Shown: positions 37,768-48,240, numbered from the stretch's first letter. The stretch is DNA of 64,000 nt from Acidiferrobacteraceae bacterium (GCA_003228915.1 QIGL01000092.1:30377-94376), one strand, 5' to 3'. The notes: a model not told the origin generated them from the letters alone. Program-made: numbers and translations.

Positions 37768-38862
37768 ATGGACGTTGCCGAATTACTAGCCTTTGCCTAT
37801 AAACAAAACGCCTCGGATATTCACCTGTCTTCGGGCCTGCCGCCAATGATTCGTGTCGATGGTGAAATCAAACGTATTAATGTTGATCCCCTTGATGACC
37901 GTACTGTACACAATATGGTCTACGACATTATGAATGATAAACAACAAAAGGATTTTGAGGAATTCCTGGAGTGTGATTTCTCGTTCGAGCTGCCTAATAT
38001 TGCCAGATTCCGTGTTAATGCCTTTAACCAGAACCGTGGTCCGGCATCGGTATTCCGGATTATTCCATCAAAAATTCTGACCCTGGAACAGTTAAATGCG
38101 CCGGAAATGTTCAAGAAAATTGCCGAGCAACCCCGGGGCATCGTGCTGGTCACCGGGCCTACCGGTTCGGGAAAATCTACGACCCTGGCAGCCATGATGG
38201 ATCACGTGAACGAGACCAAACATGAGCATATCCTGACCATTGAAGATCCAATTGAGTTTGTTCATCAAAGTAAAAACTGCCTGGTCAACCAGCGTGAGGT
38301 GCATCGAGATACACTTGGGTTCTCGGAAGCGTTGCGGTCAGCGTTGCGAGAAGACCCGGATATCATCCTGGTTGGTGAGATGCGTGACCTGGAAACGATT
38401 AGCCTGGCATTAACCGCTGCCGAAACCGGCCATTTGGTTTTTGGCACCTTGCATACCAGTTCCGCCGCCAAGACTATTGACCGTATTGTTGACGTGTTCC
38501 CGGCAGCCGAGAAAGACATGGTGCGTGCCATGTTATCTGAATCTTTACGCGCAGTGATTTCGCAGACCTTGTGTAAAAAGATTGGCGGCGGCCGGGTGGC
38601 GGCCCACGAAATAATGATTGGCACACCTGCTATTCGTAACCTGATTCGTGAAGGTAAAATCGCCCAAATGTATTCAGCCATTCAAACCGGCCAGAAAGAA
38701 GGCATGACCACACTCGATCAAAATTTACTGGGACTGGTGCAGGCCCGCCAGGTCACCATGGAAGAGGCACGCATTAAGGCGGCCAATAAAGAAAGTTTCA
38801 CAGCGAGTGTCAACGCAGGTGCAGGTGGCGCTGAAGGCAAGGCTAACTTCGGGCCTAAATAA
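37768..38862 (+). CDS. pilT: Type IV pilus retraction ATPase PilT
   Basis: Starts MDVAELLAFAYKQNASDIHL. Has Walker A GPTGSGKST, the Asp box and the PilT AIRNLIREGK motif. Confidence 0.9.
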   Translation: MDVAELLAFAYKQNASDIHLSSGLPPMIRVDGEIKRINVDPLDDRTVHNMVYDIMNDKQQKDFEEFLECDFSFELPNIARFRVNAFNQNRGPASVFRIIPSKILTLEQLNAPEMFKKIAEQPRGIVLVTGPTGSGKSTTLAAMMDHVNETKHEHILTIEDPIEFVHQSKNCLVNQREVHRDTLGFSEALRSALREDPDIILVGEMRDLETISLALTAAETGHLVFGTLHTSSAAKTIDRIVDVFPAAEKDMVRAMLSESLRAVISQTLCKKIGGGRVAAHEIMIGTPAIRNLIREGKIAQMYSAIQTGQKEGMTTLDQNLLGLVQARQVTMEEARIKAANKESFTASVNAGAGGAEGKANFGPK

Positions 38863-38906
38863 AAATTAAAGGGGTAAAAGATTGCAAGTAATAAAGGACA
38901 ACGGGT

Positions 38907-40022
38907 ATGGTATTTAGTGATTTACTAAAACTGATGAAGCATAAAAATGCTTCCGACTTGTTTATTACTGCTGGGGTCGCACCTTCTATAAAGGTGGACG
39001 GCAAAATTATGCCGGTCACCAAGCAGGCGCTGACACCTGAACAATCCCGTGCCATGGCCTATGGCATCATGAATGAGCAGCAGCGACGTGATTTTGAAGA
39101 ATCGAACGAGTGTAACTTTGCCATCGCACCTAAAGAAATTGGCCGTTACCGTGTCAATGTGTTTATCCAGCAGGGACTGGTGGGCATGGTGCTGCGCACC
39201 ATTGAGACAGATATTCCAAGATTTGATGATCTTAACTTGCCGAAGGTCCTGGCAGATATTTCCCTGACAAAACGTGGCCTGGTTATTTTTGTTGGCGGGA
39301 CCGGCTCCGGTAAATCAACCTCCCTGGCTGCCATGATCGGTTATCGCAATGAATACAGCTATGGACATATTATTACCATCGAAGACCCGATTGAATATGT
39401 CCATGACCATAAAAATTGTATTGTGACCCAGCGCGAGGTGGGGGTGGATACTGAATCATTCGGTGCCGCATTAAAAAATACCCTGCGCCAGGCCCCCGAT
39501 GTGATTCTGATTGGTGAAATACGGGCGCGGGAAACCATGGAGTACGCCGTCCAGTTCGCCGAGACCGGCCATTTATGCTTATCAACACTACATGCAAATA
39601 GTGCTAACCAGGCCCTGGATCGAATCATTAACTTTTTCCCGGAAGACCGACGGGCGCAGTTGCTGATGGATTTGTCACTGAACCTGAAGGCCGTAATTTC
39701 ACAACGTTTGATACCGTTAAAAACCGGTAAAGGGCGTGTGCCAGCGGTAGAGGTGATGATTAATTCACCATTGATTGCAGATTTGATCATGGAAGGCAGC
39801 ATTCATGAAATGAAGAGTTTGATGGCTAAATCAGAAGAAGCAGGCATGCAGACATTCGATCAGTCACTTTATAACTTGCTAGAGGCAGATTTAATTTCTT
39901 ATGATGAAGCATTGAGGAATGCGGATTCTGTTAATGACTTGCGCTTGCGGATTAAACTGGAAGGCAAAGGTGCCAAGAGTCGTGACCTGGGTGACTCCAT
40001 GAGCGACATTACCTATACGTAA
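38907..40022 (+). CDS. pilU: PilT-paralogue ATPase PilU
   Basis: Walker A GGTGSGKST, a PilT/U family core, and a position immediately after pilT. Confidence 0.85.
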   Translation: MVFSDLLKLMKHKNASDLFITAGVAPSIKVDGKIMPVTKQALTPEQSRAMAYGIMNEQQRRDFEESNECNFAIAPKEIGRYRVNVFIQQGLVGMVLRTIETDIPRFDDLNLPKVLADISLTKRGLVIFVGGTGSGKSTSLAAMIGYRNEYSYGHIITIEDPIEYVHDHKNCIVTQREVGVDTESFGAALKNTLRQAPDVILIGEIRARETMEYAVQFAETGHLCLSTLHANSANQALDRIINFFPEDRRAQLLMDLSLNLKAVISQRLIPLKTGKGRVPAVEVMINSPLIADLIMEGSIHEMKSLMAKSEEAGMQTFDQSLYNLLEADLISYDEALRNADSVNDLRLRIKLEGKGAKSRDLGDSMSDITYT

Positions 40023-40092
40023 GTATTTACACCAATAGCGACATGGTTTGCTTAAAAGAAAACCTAAAACAATAATCAGACCGAAGTATTGA

Positions 40093-40704
40093 TTGGAAAT
40101 GCAGTATTTTGACATAGACGAATTAACGGCCGCTGAGCTGCCTACGAGATTGCCAGCAGAAACCAAAATGGGCGTCTGGAAGCGCAGCACAGGTTATGAG
40201 GTGATATTACCTTATCGCCACAAACGTATTTTCTGGTTTTTACTGTTCACAGGTTTTATTGGCCTGCTCTTTGCCGAATATTTTATTGCCTATAATTTTT
40301 ACCCGGATATGGCATTGCTCAGTATTGGCCAGCAGGCAATCTGGTATTTTGGTTATGTCATACCAATAGTTGTTTACGTGAGTGCGATCGGGATTATTAT
40401 TTCCATTGCCAGAACCGCCCAGGTACGCATCGATATGACGCCCCTGACCATGATGTTCACTCGCATCAGACCGTCAGGGCCGGCAAAAAAAGTGGGCGAA
40501 GTGGCCGTCAGGCAAATTCAGGGCATCAGTATTGATGAGAAACGGGGATTACTGATAGAAGGATCAATCTCGGAAATGACTTATTCAGTGTGGGTGGCAC
40601 GGGGCCTGCGTTACGAAGATTTACATTACCTGGCGCTACTGATGGGGAAAAATGCACAAATGAATTTACAGGACGTCGGTGGCTACGAATCACAAATCTT
40701 GTAG
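40093..40704 (+). CDS. Hypothetical membrane protein (203 aa)
   Basis: Two central TM helices (IFWFLLFTGFIGLLFAEYFIAY; YVIPIVVYVSAIGIIISIA). I recognise no motif. Confidence 0.4.
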   Translation: MEMQYFDIDELTAAELPTRLPAETKMGVWKRSTGYEVILPYRHKRIFWFLLFTGFIGLLFAEYFIAYNFYPDMALLSIGQQAIWYFGYVIPIVVYVSAIGIIISIARTAQVRIDMTPLTMMFTRIRPSGPAKKVGEVAVRQIQGISIDEKRGLLIEGSISEMTYSVWVARGLRYEDLHYLALLMGKNAQMNLQDVGGYESQIL

Positions 40705-40874
40705 CAGGCCATTGAAAAAGCCTCTACTGGCACGATACGGCGTTAATAAATAGTTCAAAATACTCGTTTACTACGTGTAAACTCCGGTTTTTCGCCATTT
40801 CTTGCCTTGTCTCGCACTCACCAGAGGCTTCTTCAGATACCTGCTATTGCTATTAGCCAATTTCTTAATGTTTT

Positions 40875-42164
40875 TTATTTATCTCCGTCTATCGAGAACA
40901 CCAGCTCACCACCAACAAATGTGTGTGTTACTTTGCCAGTAAACTCCCAGCCAATGAACGGTGAGTTTTTACCCCGGCTGACAAAATTTTCTTCAGTCAA
41001 AATCCAGTGCCGCCCGGGATCAATAATACAAATATCCGCAGTCGCGCCAACGCCCAGGTTGCCAGTATCGACACCAATAATTTTTGCCGGGTTGGCCGTA
41101 AGCAGCGTTATTGCTTGCTCGATTGTTAGCAGTTTGTCATCCACCAGTTTCAGCGTCAGGGGCAGTAATGTTTCAAGCCCTGATATACCTGAAGCGGCGA
41201 TAGCAAAAGGCGCTAACTTGGCATCCGGTTCATGAGGCTGATGATCAGAGCATATGGCCGTGATGACGCCTGACTGTAATCCAAGCCGGAGTCCGTCACG
41301 ATCACGATTACTCCTGAGCGGTGGCATGACATGGCACTGGGTATTGTAATAGCCAATATCATGTTCGGTCAGGTGCAGGTGATGGGCTGTTACATCGGCA
41401 GAAACATTGAGCCCCCGGGACTGGGCTTCGGTAATCATCTCAACAGCACGGGCGCTTGAGAGTCCACAAAAATGTGCCCGCACACCCGTATGCTCAATCA
41501 AGGCAAGATCGCGGGTAATGCCGACGGTTTCAGCGGCCTCAGGTATACCGGGTAGACCCAGGCGGGTGCCTACTTCACCCTCGTGGACACAGCCATCACC
41601 ATGTAACCAGGGATCTTCCGAATGAAGAAACACGGTCAAATCAAAGCTGGCTGCATATTCCATGGCCCGGCGCATGACCAGGGTGTTGGTAACCGGGTTG
41701 AGACCATTGGTGATGCCAACACAGCCGGACTCATCAAGCGCCTCCATGTCCGATAGCTGTTTACCTTCCAGATTTTTTGTTAGTGCACCCATGGGGTGAA
41801 TGAAAGACATGCCAAATCGCCAGGCCCGGTGCTGGATCATTTGCGCCATGGCGGGGGTATCAATCACCGGCTGTGTGTCGGGTGGACAACAAAAAGTGGT
41901 AATGCCCGCCGAAACGGCCGCCAGGGTTTCGCTTTCAATGGTCGCTTTGTATTCCAGACCCGGCTCGCGGGGACGGGCGCGCAAGTCAACCAGGCCCGGG
42001 CAAACTATTTTTCCCGTGGCATCAAATTCGTTTTTAATTTTAAATTTTTCCGGCGCCTTGCCGATTGCCTGGATAAAACCTTCATCATTAATATAAATAT
42101 CAGTTTTTTTACTGATGTCGTTGCCAGGATCAACCAGGTGACCGTTTTTAATCAAACAGGCCAT
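40875..42164 (-). CDS. pyrC': Dihydroorotase-like non-catalytic subunit (PyrC')
   Basis: A type I DHOase fold, but the metal-binding HxH is replaced (GLVDLRARPREPG instead of DLHVHLREPG) and MPNT becomes PPDT. It overlaps the pyrB stop. Confidence 0.8.
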   Translation of the reverse strand: MACLIKNGHLVDPGNDISKKTDIYINDEGFIQAIGKAPEKFKIKNEFDATGKIVCPGLVDLRARPREPGLEYKATIESETLAAVSAGITTFCCPPDTQPVIDTPAMAQMIQHRAWRFGMSFIHPMGALTKNLEGKQLSDMEALDESGCVGITNGLNPVTNTLVMRRAMEYAASFDLTVFLHSEDPWLHGDGCVHEGEVGTRLGLPGIPEAAETVGITRDLALIEHTGVRAHFCGLSSARAVEMITEAQSRGLNVSADVTAHHLHLTEHDIGYYNTQCHVMPPLRSNRDRDGLRLGLQSGVITAICSDHQPHEPDAKLAPFAIAASGISGLETLLPLTLKLVDDKLLTIEQAITLLTANPAKIIGVDTGNLGVGATADICIIDPGRHWILTEENFVSRGKNSPFIGWEFTGKVTHTFVGGELVFSIDGDK

Positions 42165-43141
42165 TAGTTTTCAGCCCCTTTATTTTTTTGGTTGCCGCCC
42201 ATTATTAGCGCCATGACCGCCATACGAACGGCGATACCATTACTAACCTGGGGCAGGATGGTGGCCCGGTCGCTGTCGGCAACAGATGAGTCTATTTCCA
42301 GGCCGCGGTTCATGGGACCGGGGTGCATAACAATGGCATCGTCCTGGGCAACCACTAATTTCTCTTCAGTCAGGCCGTACAAGTTAAAGTACTCCTGTTC
42401 ACTGGGAATCAGTGCGCCTTGCATACGCTCGCGCTGGATCCGGAGCATGACAATGACATCCACCCCTTCAAGTCCTTCGTACATATCAAAATAAGGGTGG
42501 GCGCCTAAACGCTCAATTGCGACTGGCAATAATGTCTTGGGCGCAATGACACGTACATCAGGTACACCAAGTATATTAAGTATGTGTATCAGTGATCGCG
42601 CTACACGGGAATGCATGATGTCGCCGACAATGGCAACCTTGATTTTTTTGAAATCTTTGCCGTATTGGCGCATGGTGTACGCATCCAGCAGTGCCTGCGT
42701 GGGGTGGGCGTGACGACCATCACCGGCATTAATGATGCGCACATGGGACGGTGCATGTTTGGCAACCAGGTAAGCGGCACCGGCATCAATGTGCCTGACA
42801 ATAAAAAGATCGGTATGCATGGCTTCCAGGTTGTTGATGGTGTCGAGCAGGGTTTCGCCCTTGTTGGTAGAAGAGGCGCCGATATTAAAATTAATAACAT
42901 CTGCAGACAGTCGTTTGGCCGCAATTTCAAAAGTTGTGCGGGTACGGGTACTGGCCTCAAAAAAGAGGTTAACCACGGTTTTGCCACGTAATAATGGCAC
43001 TTTTCTAATTTGTCTTTCGCCAACTGAAATAAATGTTTCAGCCGTATCAAGTATTTCCAGAATTGTTTTTTGATCCAGCCCGTCAATGCTTAACAGGTGA
43101 CGCAATCGTTTATTGCTGTCGAATTGCAGATCACCGCTCAT
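42164..43141 (-). CDS. pyrB: Aspartate carbamoyltransferase catalytic chain
   Basis: [11 protein letters not shown], the HPTQ motif ([11 protein letters not shown]) and MHPGPMNRG. Confidence 0.9.
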   Translation of the reverse strand: MSGDLQFDSNKRLRHLLSIDGLDQKTILEILDTAETFISVGERQIRKVPLLRGKTVVNLFFEASTRTRTTFEIAAKRLSADVINFNIGASSTNKGETLLDTINNLEAMHTDLFIVRHIDAGAAYLVAKHAPSHVRIINAGDGRHAHPTQALLDAYTMRQYGKDFKKIKVAIVGDIMHSRVARSLIHILNILGVPDVRVIAPKTLLPVAIERLGAHPYFDMYEGLEGVDVIVMLRIQRERMQGALIPSEQEYFNLYGLTEEKLVVAQDDAIVMHPGPMNRGLEIDSSVADSDRATILPQVSNGIAVRMAVMALIMGGNQKNKGAEN

Positions 43142-43168
43142 ATTTGCATCTCATCCTTCATATATCAT

Positions 43169-43693
43169 TTAGGTATTGCCATTAGATTTTTGCACGGTCA
43201 AGGCCAGTTGTTTGGTTTTCTCATCACGTGATAATTTAATTTGTTCACCTTTTGGCAGTGTGACGGTTGCGCCTACAATGTCGGCCCGTATCGGTAATTC
43301 TCTCGAGCCACGTTCGATCAAAACAACCAGGGTGATGGAGGCCGGCCGGCCATAATCAAAAATTTCATTCATGGCTGCGCGGATAGTACGGCCAGACTGC
43401 AATACATCATCAATGAGTATGATGTGCCGATCTTCAACATCCACGGGCAGGTCCGAGGCCTTTACTTTGGGATTGAGTCCAATACGGGTGAAGTCATCCC
43501 GGTAAAATGAAATATTCAGCGTTCCCAGTGCTGATTTAATATCAAGGTCGCGATGCAGGCGTTCAGCAACCCAGGCACCGCCAGTATGGATACCAATAAA
43601 TACAGGATCGAGATCCAGTTTGGGTTTTAACGCGGCCGCCATGTTGGCTAACGTGGCATTGATGTCTATTTGTGTGTCTATTTTATTGTCCAA
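43169..43693 (-). CDS. pyrR: PyrR (pyr regulator / uracil phosphoribosyltransferase family)
   Basis: [12 protein letters not shown] and the PRPP motif [13 protein letters not shown]. It has a TTG start. Confidence 0.85.
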   Translation of the reverse strand: MDNKIDTQIDINATLANMAAALKPKLDLDPVFIGIHTGGAWVAERLHRDLDIKSALGTLNISFYRDDFTRIGLNPKVKASDLPVDVEDRHIILIDDVLQSGRTIRAAMNEIFDYGRPASITLVVLIERGSRELPIRADIVGATVTLPKGEQIKLSRDEKTKQLALTVQKSNGNT

Positions 43694-43977
43694 GTGTTTT
43701 ATATAATAAATTTAATATCTGGTTGCGTATTTAAACCGCAAAGAACGCTAAGAATAACTGCATTCTTAAAAAACAAAGTACTTTAGACAAGATTAACAGG
43801 ATTACACCTTAAAGCTGAATCCAGTCTGTAAGCTCAAATCATCCTGTTAATCCCGTAAATCCTGTCAAGATGTTTTGATCTTATCTTAAATTAAAACAAT
43901 GACCGTTCTCGCACTTTCCTGTACTCCGTGACATTTGAACTTTCTTGGCGGTTCATGTTCTTTAGTATTTCATATTG

Positions 43978-44439
43978 TTAATCCTGGCAATTCTGCCCAG
44001 GTTTATTGCTCTCATCTTCACCGGTTTCATCCAGAAAAGCCTGCAATATTGTTTGCGCCGCCATTTCATCAATTTTTGGTTTGGTACCCGGCCTGATCGC
44101 CACTCCCGCTATTTGCAAGCGATGTTTTGCTTCAACCGTAGTTAAGCGTTCGTCTACCAGATGAATATTCAGATTGTATCGACCCTTTAACTGATTACCA
44201 AATTTTCGAGCCAGTTCGGTTACGGGATTATCGCTGTCATCCATTTTTAGCGGCAGGCCGACAATCAATGCTGCCGGCTGCCATTCGCCAACCAGTTTGC
44301 CAATGCTCATCCAGTCAGGTCCTTTTTTGCCAACATGAATGGTTGTCAGGGGTTGTGCCAGCCCGGATTCTTTACTGCCAACTGCCACACCAATTGTTCG
44401 TTCTCCGTAATCAAATCCAAGATATACCCGCGGACTCAA
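43978..44439 (-). CDS. ruvX: YqgF/RuvX putative pre-16S rRNA nuclease
   Basis: YLGFDYGERTIGVAVG and DERLTTVEA. There is a 4-nt overlap with the yqgE stop. Confidence 0.85.
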   Translation of the reverse strand: MSPRVYLGFDYGERTIGVAVGSKESGLAQPLTTIHVGKKGPDWMSIGKLVGEWQPAALIVGLPLKMDDSDNPVTELARKFGNQLKGRYNLNIHLVDERLTTVEAKHRLQIAGVAIRPGTKPKIDEMAAQTILQAFLDETGEDESNKPGQNCQD

Positions 44440-44999
44440 GCGTGACCCGCCTCCCCGGAGAGGGCGTTCAAATCAACGCCCATGGATTGAGCTGCCGCCT
44501 GCCAGCGTAACTCCAGGGCCGTCTCAAAAATAACTTCTCGATCTGCTGGCCCTGAAAGCCAGGTATTTTCACGGATCTCGTGTTCGAGCTGGCCCGGTCC
44601 CCAGCCCGCGTAACCAAGGGCCAGTAAACATTTTTCAGGACCCTGGCCAGTGGCAATGGCCTGGAGAATATCCTGCGAGGTAGATAAGCCCAGATTTTCG
44701 CTGATTGCTAACGTTGATTCCCAGTTTCCCAGTGGTTCGTGTAATACGAATCCCCGGTTTTCCTGAACTGGTCCGCCCTGGTAAACAAATGATCCTGGCG
44801 GCACGGTTTTGTTTGGTTCAATATCCAGTTGTTTAAAAATGTCATTTATTGATAACTCAAGCTGACGATTAATGGTCACGCCCATGGCACCTTCCGGGCT
44901 GTGTTCGCAAACCAGGGTGACTGTTCGGGAAAAATTGGGATCGTTCAGCGCCGGCATGGCGATGAGGAATTGATTGCTCAGACTAGAGAAGTCAGACAT
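44436..44999 (-). CDS. yqgE: YqgE/AlgH family protein
   Basis: FLIAMPALNDPNFSRTVTLVCEHSPEGAMGVTINR is the family signature. Confidence 0.8.
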   Translation of the reverse strand: MSDFSSLSNQFLIAMPALNDPNFSRTVTLVCEHSPEGAMGVTINRQLELSINDIFKQLDIEPNKTVPPGSFVYQGGPVQENRGFVLHEPLGNWESTLAISENLGLSTSQDILQAIATGQGPEKCLLALGYAGWGPGQLEHEIRENTWLSGPADREVIFETALELRWQAAAQSMGVDLNALSGEAGHA

Positions 45000-45074
45000 A
45001 TAGTGCGGAGTATCAGGTAGTCATTGAAATCTTGCAAGCCTGTAGTATTTGAAATGAACAAATTTTGTAAAATA

Positions 45075-46139
45075 TCACTTTCCACGCCAGCCTTGCTCGT
45101 TGAACTTCCAGGTGCGGGTGATATGTAACAAGTCTGTTTCCTGGCTTATTTTTTTCGGGAACGCCGAGAAGGGTGCGGATAAGGCCACGATGCGCATGGC
45201 GGCGTCATCAAGTAATTTATAACCAGACGAGCGAACGATACTGACTGCATCAAGGCTGCCATCTTTTGCCAGCACCACATCCAGTACCAGGTCACCAGAC
45301 AAACCACGACGCCGGGCTTCTTCCGGGTAATTAATATTGCCAACCCGTTCTACCTTGGCCTGCCAGGCCACCATGTAACCTGCGTACTTGAACTCTTTTG
45401 TTCTGGCATTAATGTATTTACGCCGGGGTAATTGCTGATATTCGTTCCATTGCCTGCTCAACTGGGCGTTGAGTCGAGAGCGTTCCAGTAGATATTGCTG
45501 GCTCTTTAACAGGCCCGGGTTGGCAGGCAAAAACCGGCGGTCTTGTTTGTCGGGCTGGGTACTGCTTTGCCAGATTTTGCTGCTAGATTTTTTTGCTGTC
45601 AGGAGTTCGGTTTTTTCTTTAGCTGACTTGATACGTGGCTGCGGCATGGCTTGCTGGATCGGGATGGTGACCTCACTTTCGCCAATTTCTGTTATCGGTA
45701 ATGGGCTCATTACGGTCTCGGGTTTGGGCGTATTGCCACCGCCCTGTTGGTTGGCTTGCGCCAGGTAGTCAGCTTTTTCCGGTGCCTTATCTGTATGAGT
45801 TTGTACCAGGGTGATTTCCATGGAGGGCAAACCATCGATTTCCTGTAGTTTTGGTAACGCGAAGGTTACGCCAAGAATGATGACCATGTGGGCCAGGATT
45901 GAGACAAAAAAACTGAGACCGGCCCGGTCATTGTTGTCGAATTCGCCGGCTTCATTTGTTTTGCAAGACCTTGTCTGGTCCGGACCGGTTTGGCCAGAAT
46001 TTTTTTTGTCTGATCCGGGGTGATCAGATTTATCAGGGACTGAATTACTGCCAAGTGAATTATTACCAGGAGAGTTATTGCCAGGGGCGTCAGAAATTAT
46101 CCCTGCTTGATATGAATCTATGGTTGCAGTTTCAGTCAT
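45075..46139 (-). CDS. tonB: TonB-family energy transducer
   Basis: A TM anchor (LSFFVSILAHMVIILGV), a low-complexity linker, and a C-terminal TonB_C domain (YPEEARRRGLSGDLVLDVVLAKDGSL...). Confidence 0.7.
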   Translation of the reverse strand: MTETATIDSYQAGIISDAPGNNSPGNNSLGSNSVPDKSDHPGSDKKNSGQTGPDQTRSCKTNEAGEFDNNDRAGLSFFVSILAHMVIILGVTFALPKLQEIDGLPSMEITLVQTHTDKAPEKADYLAQANQQGGGNTPKPETVMSPLPITEIGESEVTIPIQQAMPQPRIKSAKEKTELLTAKKSSSKIWQSSTQPDKQDRRFLPANPGLLKSQQYLLERSRLNAQLSRQWNEYQQLPRRKYINARTKEFKYAGYMVAWQAKVERVGNINYPEEARRRGLSGDLVLDVVLAKDGSLDAVSIVRSSGYKLLDDAAMRIVALSAPFSAFPKKISQETDLLHITRTWKFNEQGWRGK

Positions 46140-46173
46140 GACGAATTTTCGTAGTAAGTTCTATCGAGTATAG

Positions 46174-47214
46174 TTACTTTCTCTCGCCTTGCGAAGCTTT
46201 GTTACGATTTTTTTGACTATTTAACTCTATTTTTTGCAGCATGGACAGGGTCATTTGTACTTTACCCGTAGCCGGTAGGTACAAGCTGGCAATTGTTTGC
46301 ATTGATTTATCAATTTTTTGCCAGCTAGCGGGCCCGGCATTAAAAAGTGCCTGGCAGGCAGCATTGGCAATCATGGCATTTTGATGTACGACAATGACTG
46401 CACCGGTCTCTGTCGCCTGTTTACCCGTTTTTGGATTAAAAATGGTTGTATAGCGAGGGTCGTCCAGGGTTTCACTATCGCCATGAAGACGACTAACGCA
46501 TAATGCCTCGCCATCTTTTATGGCAACGGTGGTGCCCCCGATTTTATCACTCAATGATTTTATATTTTCAATACGGGGTGTATTTTCTTTTGTACTGACA
46601 CGAATAGTATTGCCCAGTGCAACCCTGATATTTTTCGCGCCTGTTGATTTGAGATAATCAAATACCATGTCCACTGTATAACCATGGAGCAGTGTTCCGA
46701 AGTCCAGTGCGATGTTGGTGTTGGTGCTCCTGACCCGGATGCCTTGTAGTTCAATATCGTCCATGGTCGCTGCTGTTCGGACAACAGACTCGTAAGCTTT
46801 TTTTGATGGTGGCGGTGCCAGCGGTTCGGCTTCGATATCCCAAAGTTTCATTAACAGTCCGGATCTTGCGGGATTAAAATAGCCCTGACTGGATTGATAA
46901 TATTCTTTGGATTTTGTTACCAGCGTGAAAACTGAAGGATTTACACTGGCCCATTCACCGGAACGTAACAGGCTGTTTAAACGTAACATGGGTTTGGAGC
47001 TGCCCGGATCCAGTATCGAGACCAGGTAAACAATATCATCTTCGATTGCTGTTACTATTTCGGCGCCATTGGTTTCTGATTCAAACTCAATACTGATGCA
47101 GGCACCAAAAATATTGCAGTGCTCATGTTTTGTCACCACCGGCTTGGTGCAGCTTGAGGCAGTTAGCAGGATAAATACCAGAAATAAATATTTTTTCGAT
47201 AAAATAATTTGCAT
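46174..47214 (-). CDS. ApbE-like FAD:protein FMN transferase lipoprotein
   Basis: A lipobox signal (FILLTASSC). The blocks DFGTLLHGYTVDMVFDYLKSTGAKNIRVALGN and TTIFNPKTGKQ...ANAACQALF match the order of ApbE motifs (GIAKGY..D, H.IDPRTG, AD..ST). Confidence 0.5.
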   Translation of the reverse strand: MQIILSKKYLFLVFILLTASSCTKPVVTKHEHCNIFGACISIEFESETNGAEIVTAIEDDIVYLVSILDPGSSKPMLRLNSLLRSGEWASVNPSVFTLVTKSKEYYQSSQGYFNPARSGLLMKLWDIEAEPLAPPPSKKAYESVVRTAATMDDIELQGIRVRSTNTNIALDFGTLLHGYTVDMVFDYLKSTGAKNIRVALGNTIRVSTKENTPRIENIKSLSDKIGGTTVAIKDGEALCVSRLHGDSETLDDPRYTTIFNPKTGKQATETGAVIVVHQNAMIANAACQALFNAGPASWQKIDKSMQTIASLYLPATGKVQMTLSMLQKIELNSQKNRNKASQGERK

Positions 47215-47237
47215 GGCCCGGTTATGGTTATTTACAG

Positions 47238-48191
47238 TTAGCTTGTTGCGAGTGTTTCTTCAATGCTATCGAGAAACGTAGCACTTATGTTAAGGCCAAA
47301 AATAGTATCAAGTTCGCGAACACAAGTTGGGCTGGTGACATTGATTTCAGTTAAGTAGTCGCCAATCACGTCAATACCAACAAACATCAGGCCTTTCTCT
47401 CTCAGGGTCGGTCCTACCTGCGCGCAAATCCATTTATCCCGCTTTGTTAACTCCAGGCCTTTGCCGGTACCGCCTGCCGCCAGGTTGCCACGGGTTTCTC
47501 CGGCTGCCGGGATTCGTGCCAGGGCATAAGGGATGGTCTCTCCATTGACTACCAATATTCTTTTGTCGCCGGCACTAATCTCGGGCAAATAACGTTGACC
47601 CATGATTGTTTGTTTGCCCATGTTTGTCAGGGTCTCAATAATAACATTCAAATTCGGGTCTTTTTTATTCGTGCGAAAGACTGACGCGCCGCCCATGCCA
47701 TCAAGAGGTTTAAAAATTACTTCTCCCTGTTTTTTAGCAAATTGTCGCAGGCGGTCGCCCTGGCGGGTGACAATAGTGGGTGCGATGCATTGGGGGAAAT
47801 TGGCAATAAATAATTTTTCATTGGCATCACGGAGACTTCGGGGTTTGTTGATTACCTTGACGCCGGCAGTTTCCGCCAGTTCCAGCAGGTAAGTGCTGTA
47901 GATGTACTCCATATCAAAAGGGGGATCCTTGCGCATCAGGATGACATCCAGTGACCCTAGCTCGGCGGTTTTTTCGTCCGAGAGCTGGTACCAGTTTTCA
48001 GGGTTATCCTGGACCTGTAATTGCCGCATGGCTGCCCATGCCTGGCCATTTTCAAGGAACAAATCCCGTTGTTGCATGTAGCTGATTGACCAGCCCCGGG
48101 ATTGGGCTTCCAGTAGCATGGCCAGGGTGGTGTCTTTTTTTACGTTGATGGATTCAATGGCATCCATGACAACGCCGAGTTTAATTTTCAT
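47238..48191 (-). CDS. gshB: Glutathione synthetase
   Basis: 317 aa with MRKDPPFDMEY, an ATP-grasp fold and the C-terminal GDYLTEINVTSPT. Confidence 0.9.
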   Translation of the reverse strand: MKIKLGVVMDAIESINVKKDTTLAMLLEAQSRGWSISYMQQRDLFLENGQAWAAMRQLQVQDNPENWYQLSDEKTAELGSLDVILMRKDPPFDMEYIYSTYLLELAETAGVKVINKPRSLRDANEKLFIANFPQCIAPTIVTRQGDRLRQFAKKQGEVIFKPLDGMGGASVFRTNKKDPNLNVIIETLTNMGKQTIMGQRYLPEISAGDKRILVVNGETIPYALARIPAAGETRGNLAAGGTGKGLELTKRDKWICAQVGPTLREKGLMFVGIDVIGDYLTEINVTSPTCVRELDTIFGLNISATFLDSIEETLATS

Positions 48192-48240
48192 AACAAGGGC
48201 GTGCTGAGTTTGTCAGGTACAGGGTCAGGTAAATTAAATC

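Noticed and set aside
37257-37802. 181-aa plus-strand ORF
   Set aside because: It runs antisense to proC and reads into the pilT promoter region. It has no motif.
40807-41235. 142-aa plus-strand ORF, and 41796-42167 / 41800-42096
   Set aside because: They lie antisense to the dihydroorotase-like gene and are shadow ORFs.
46030-46090. Short repetitive DNA encoding PGNNSPGNNSLGSNS at the TonB N-terminus
   Set aside because: Low-complexity repeats are common in TonB family proteins. It is not an independent feature.
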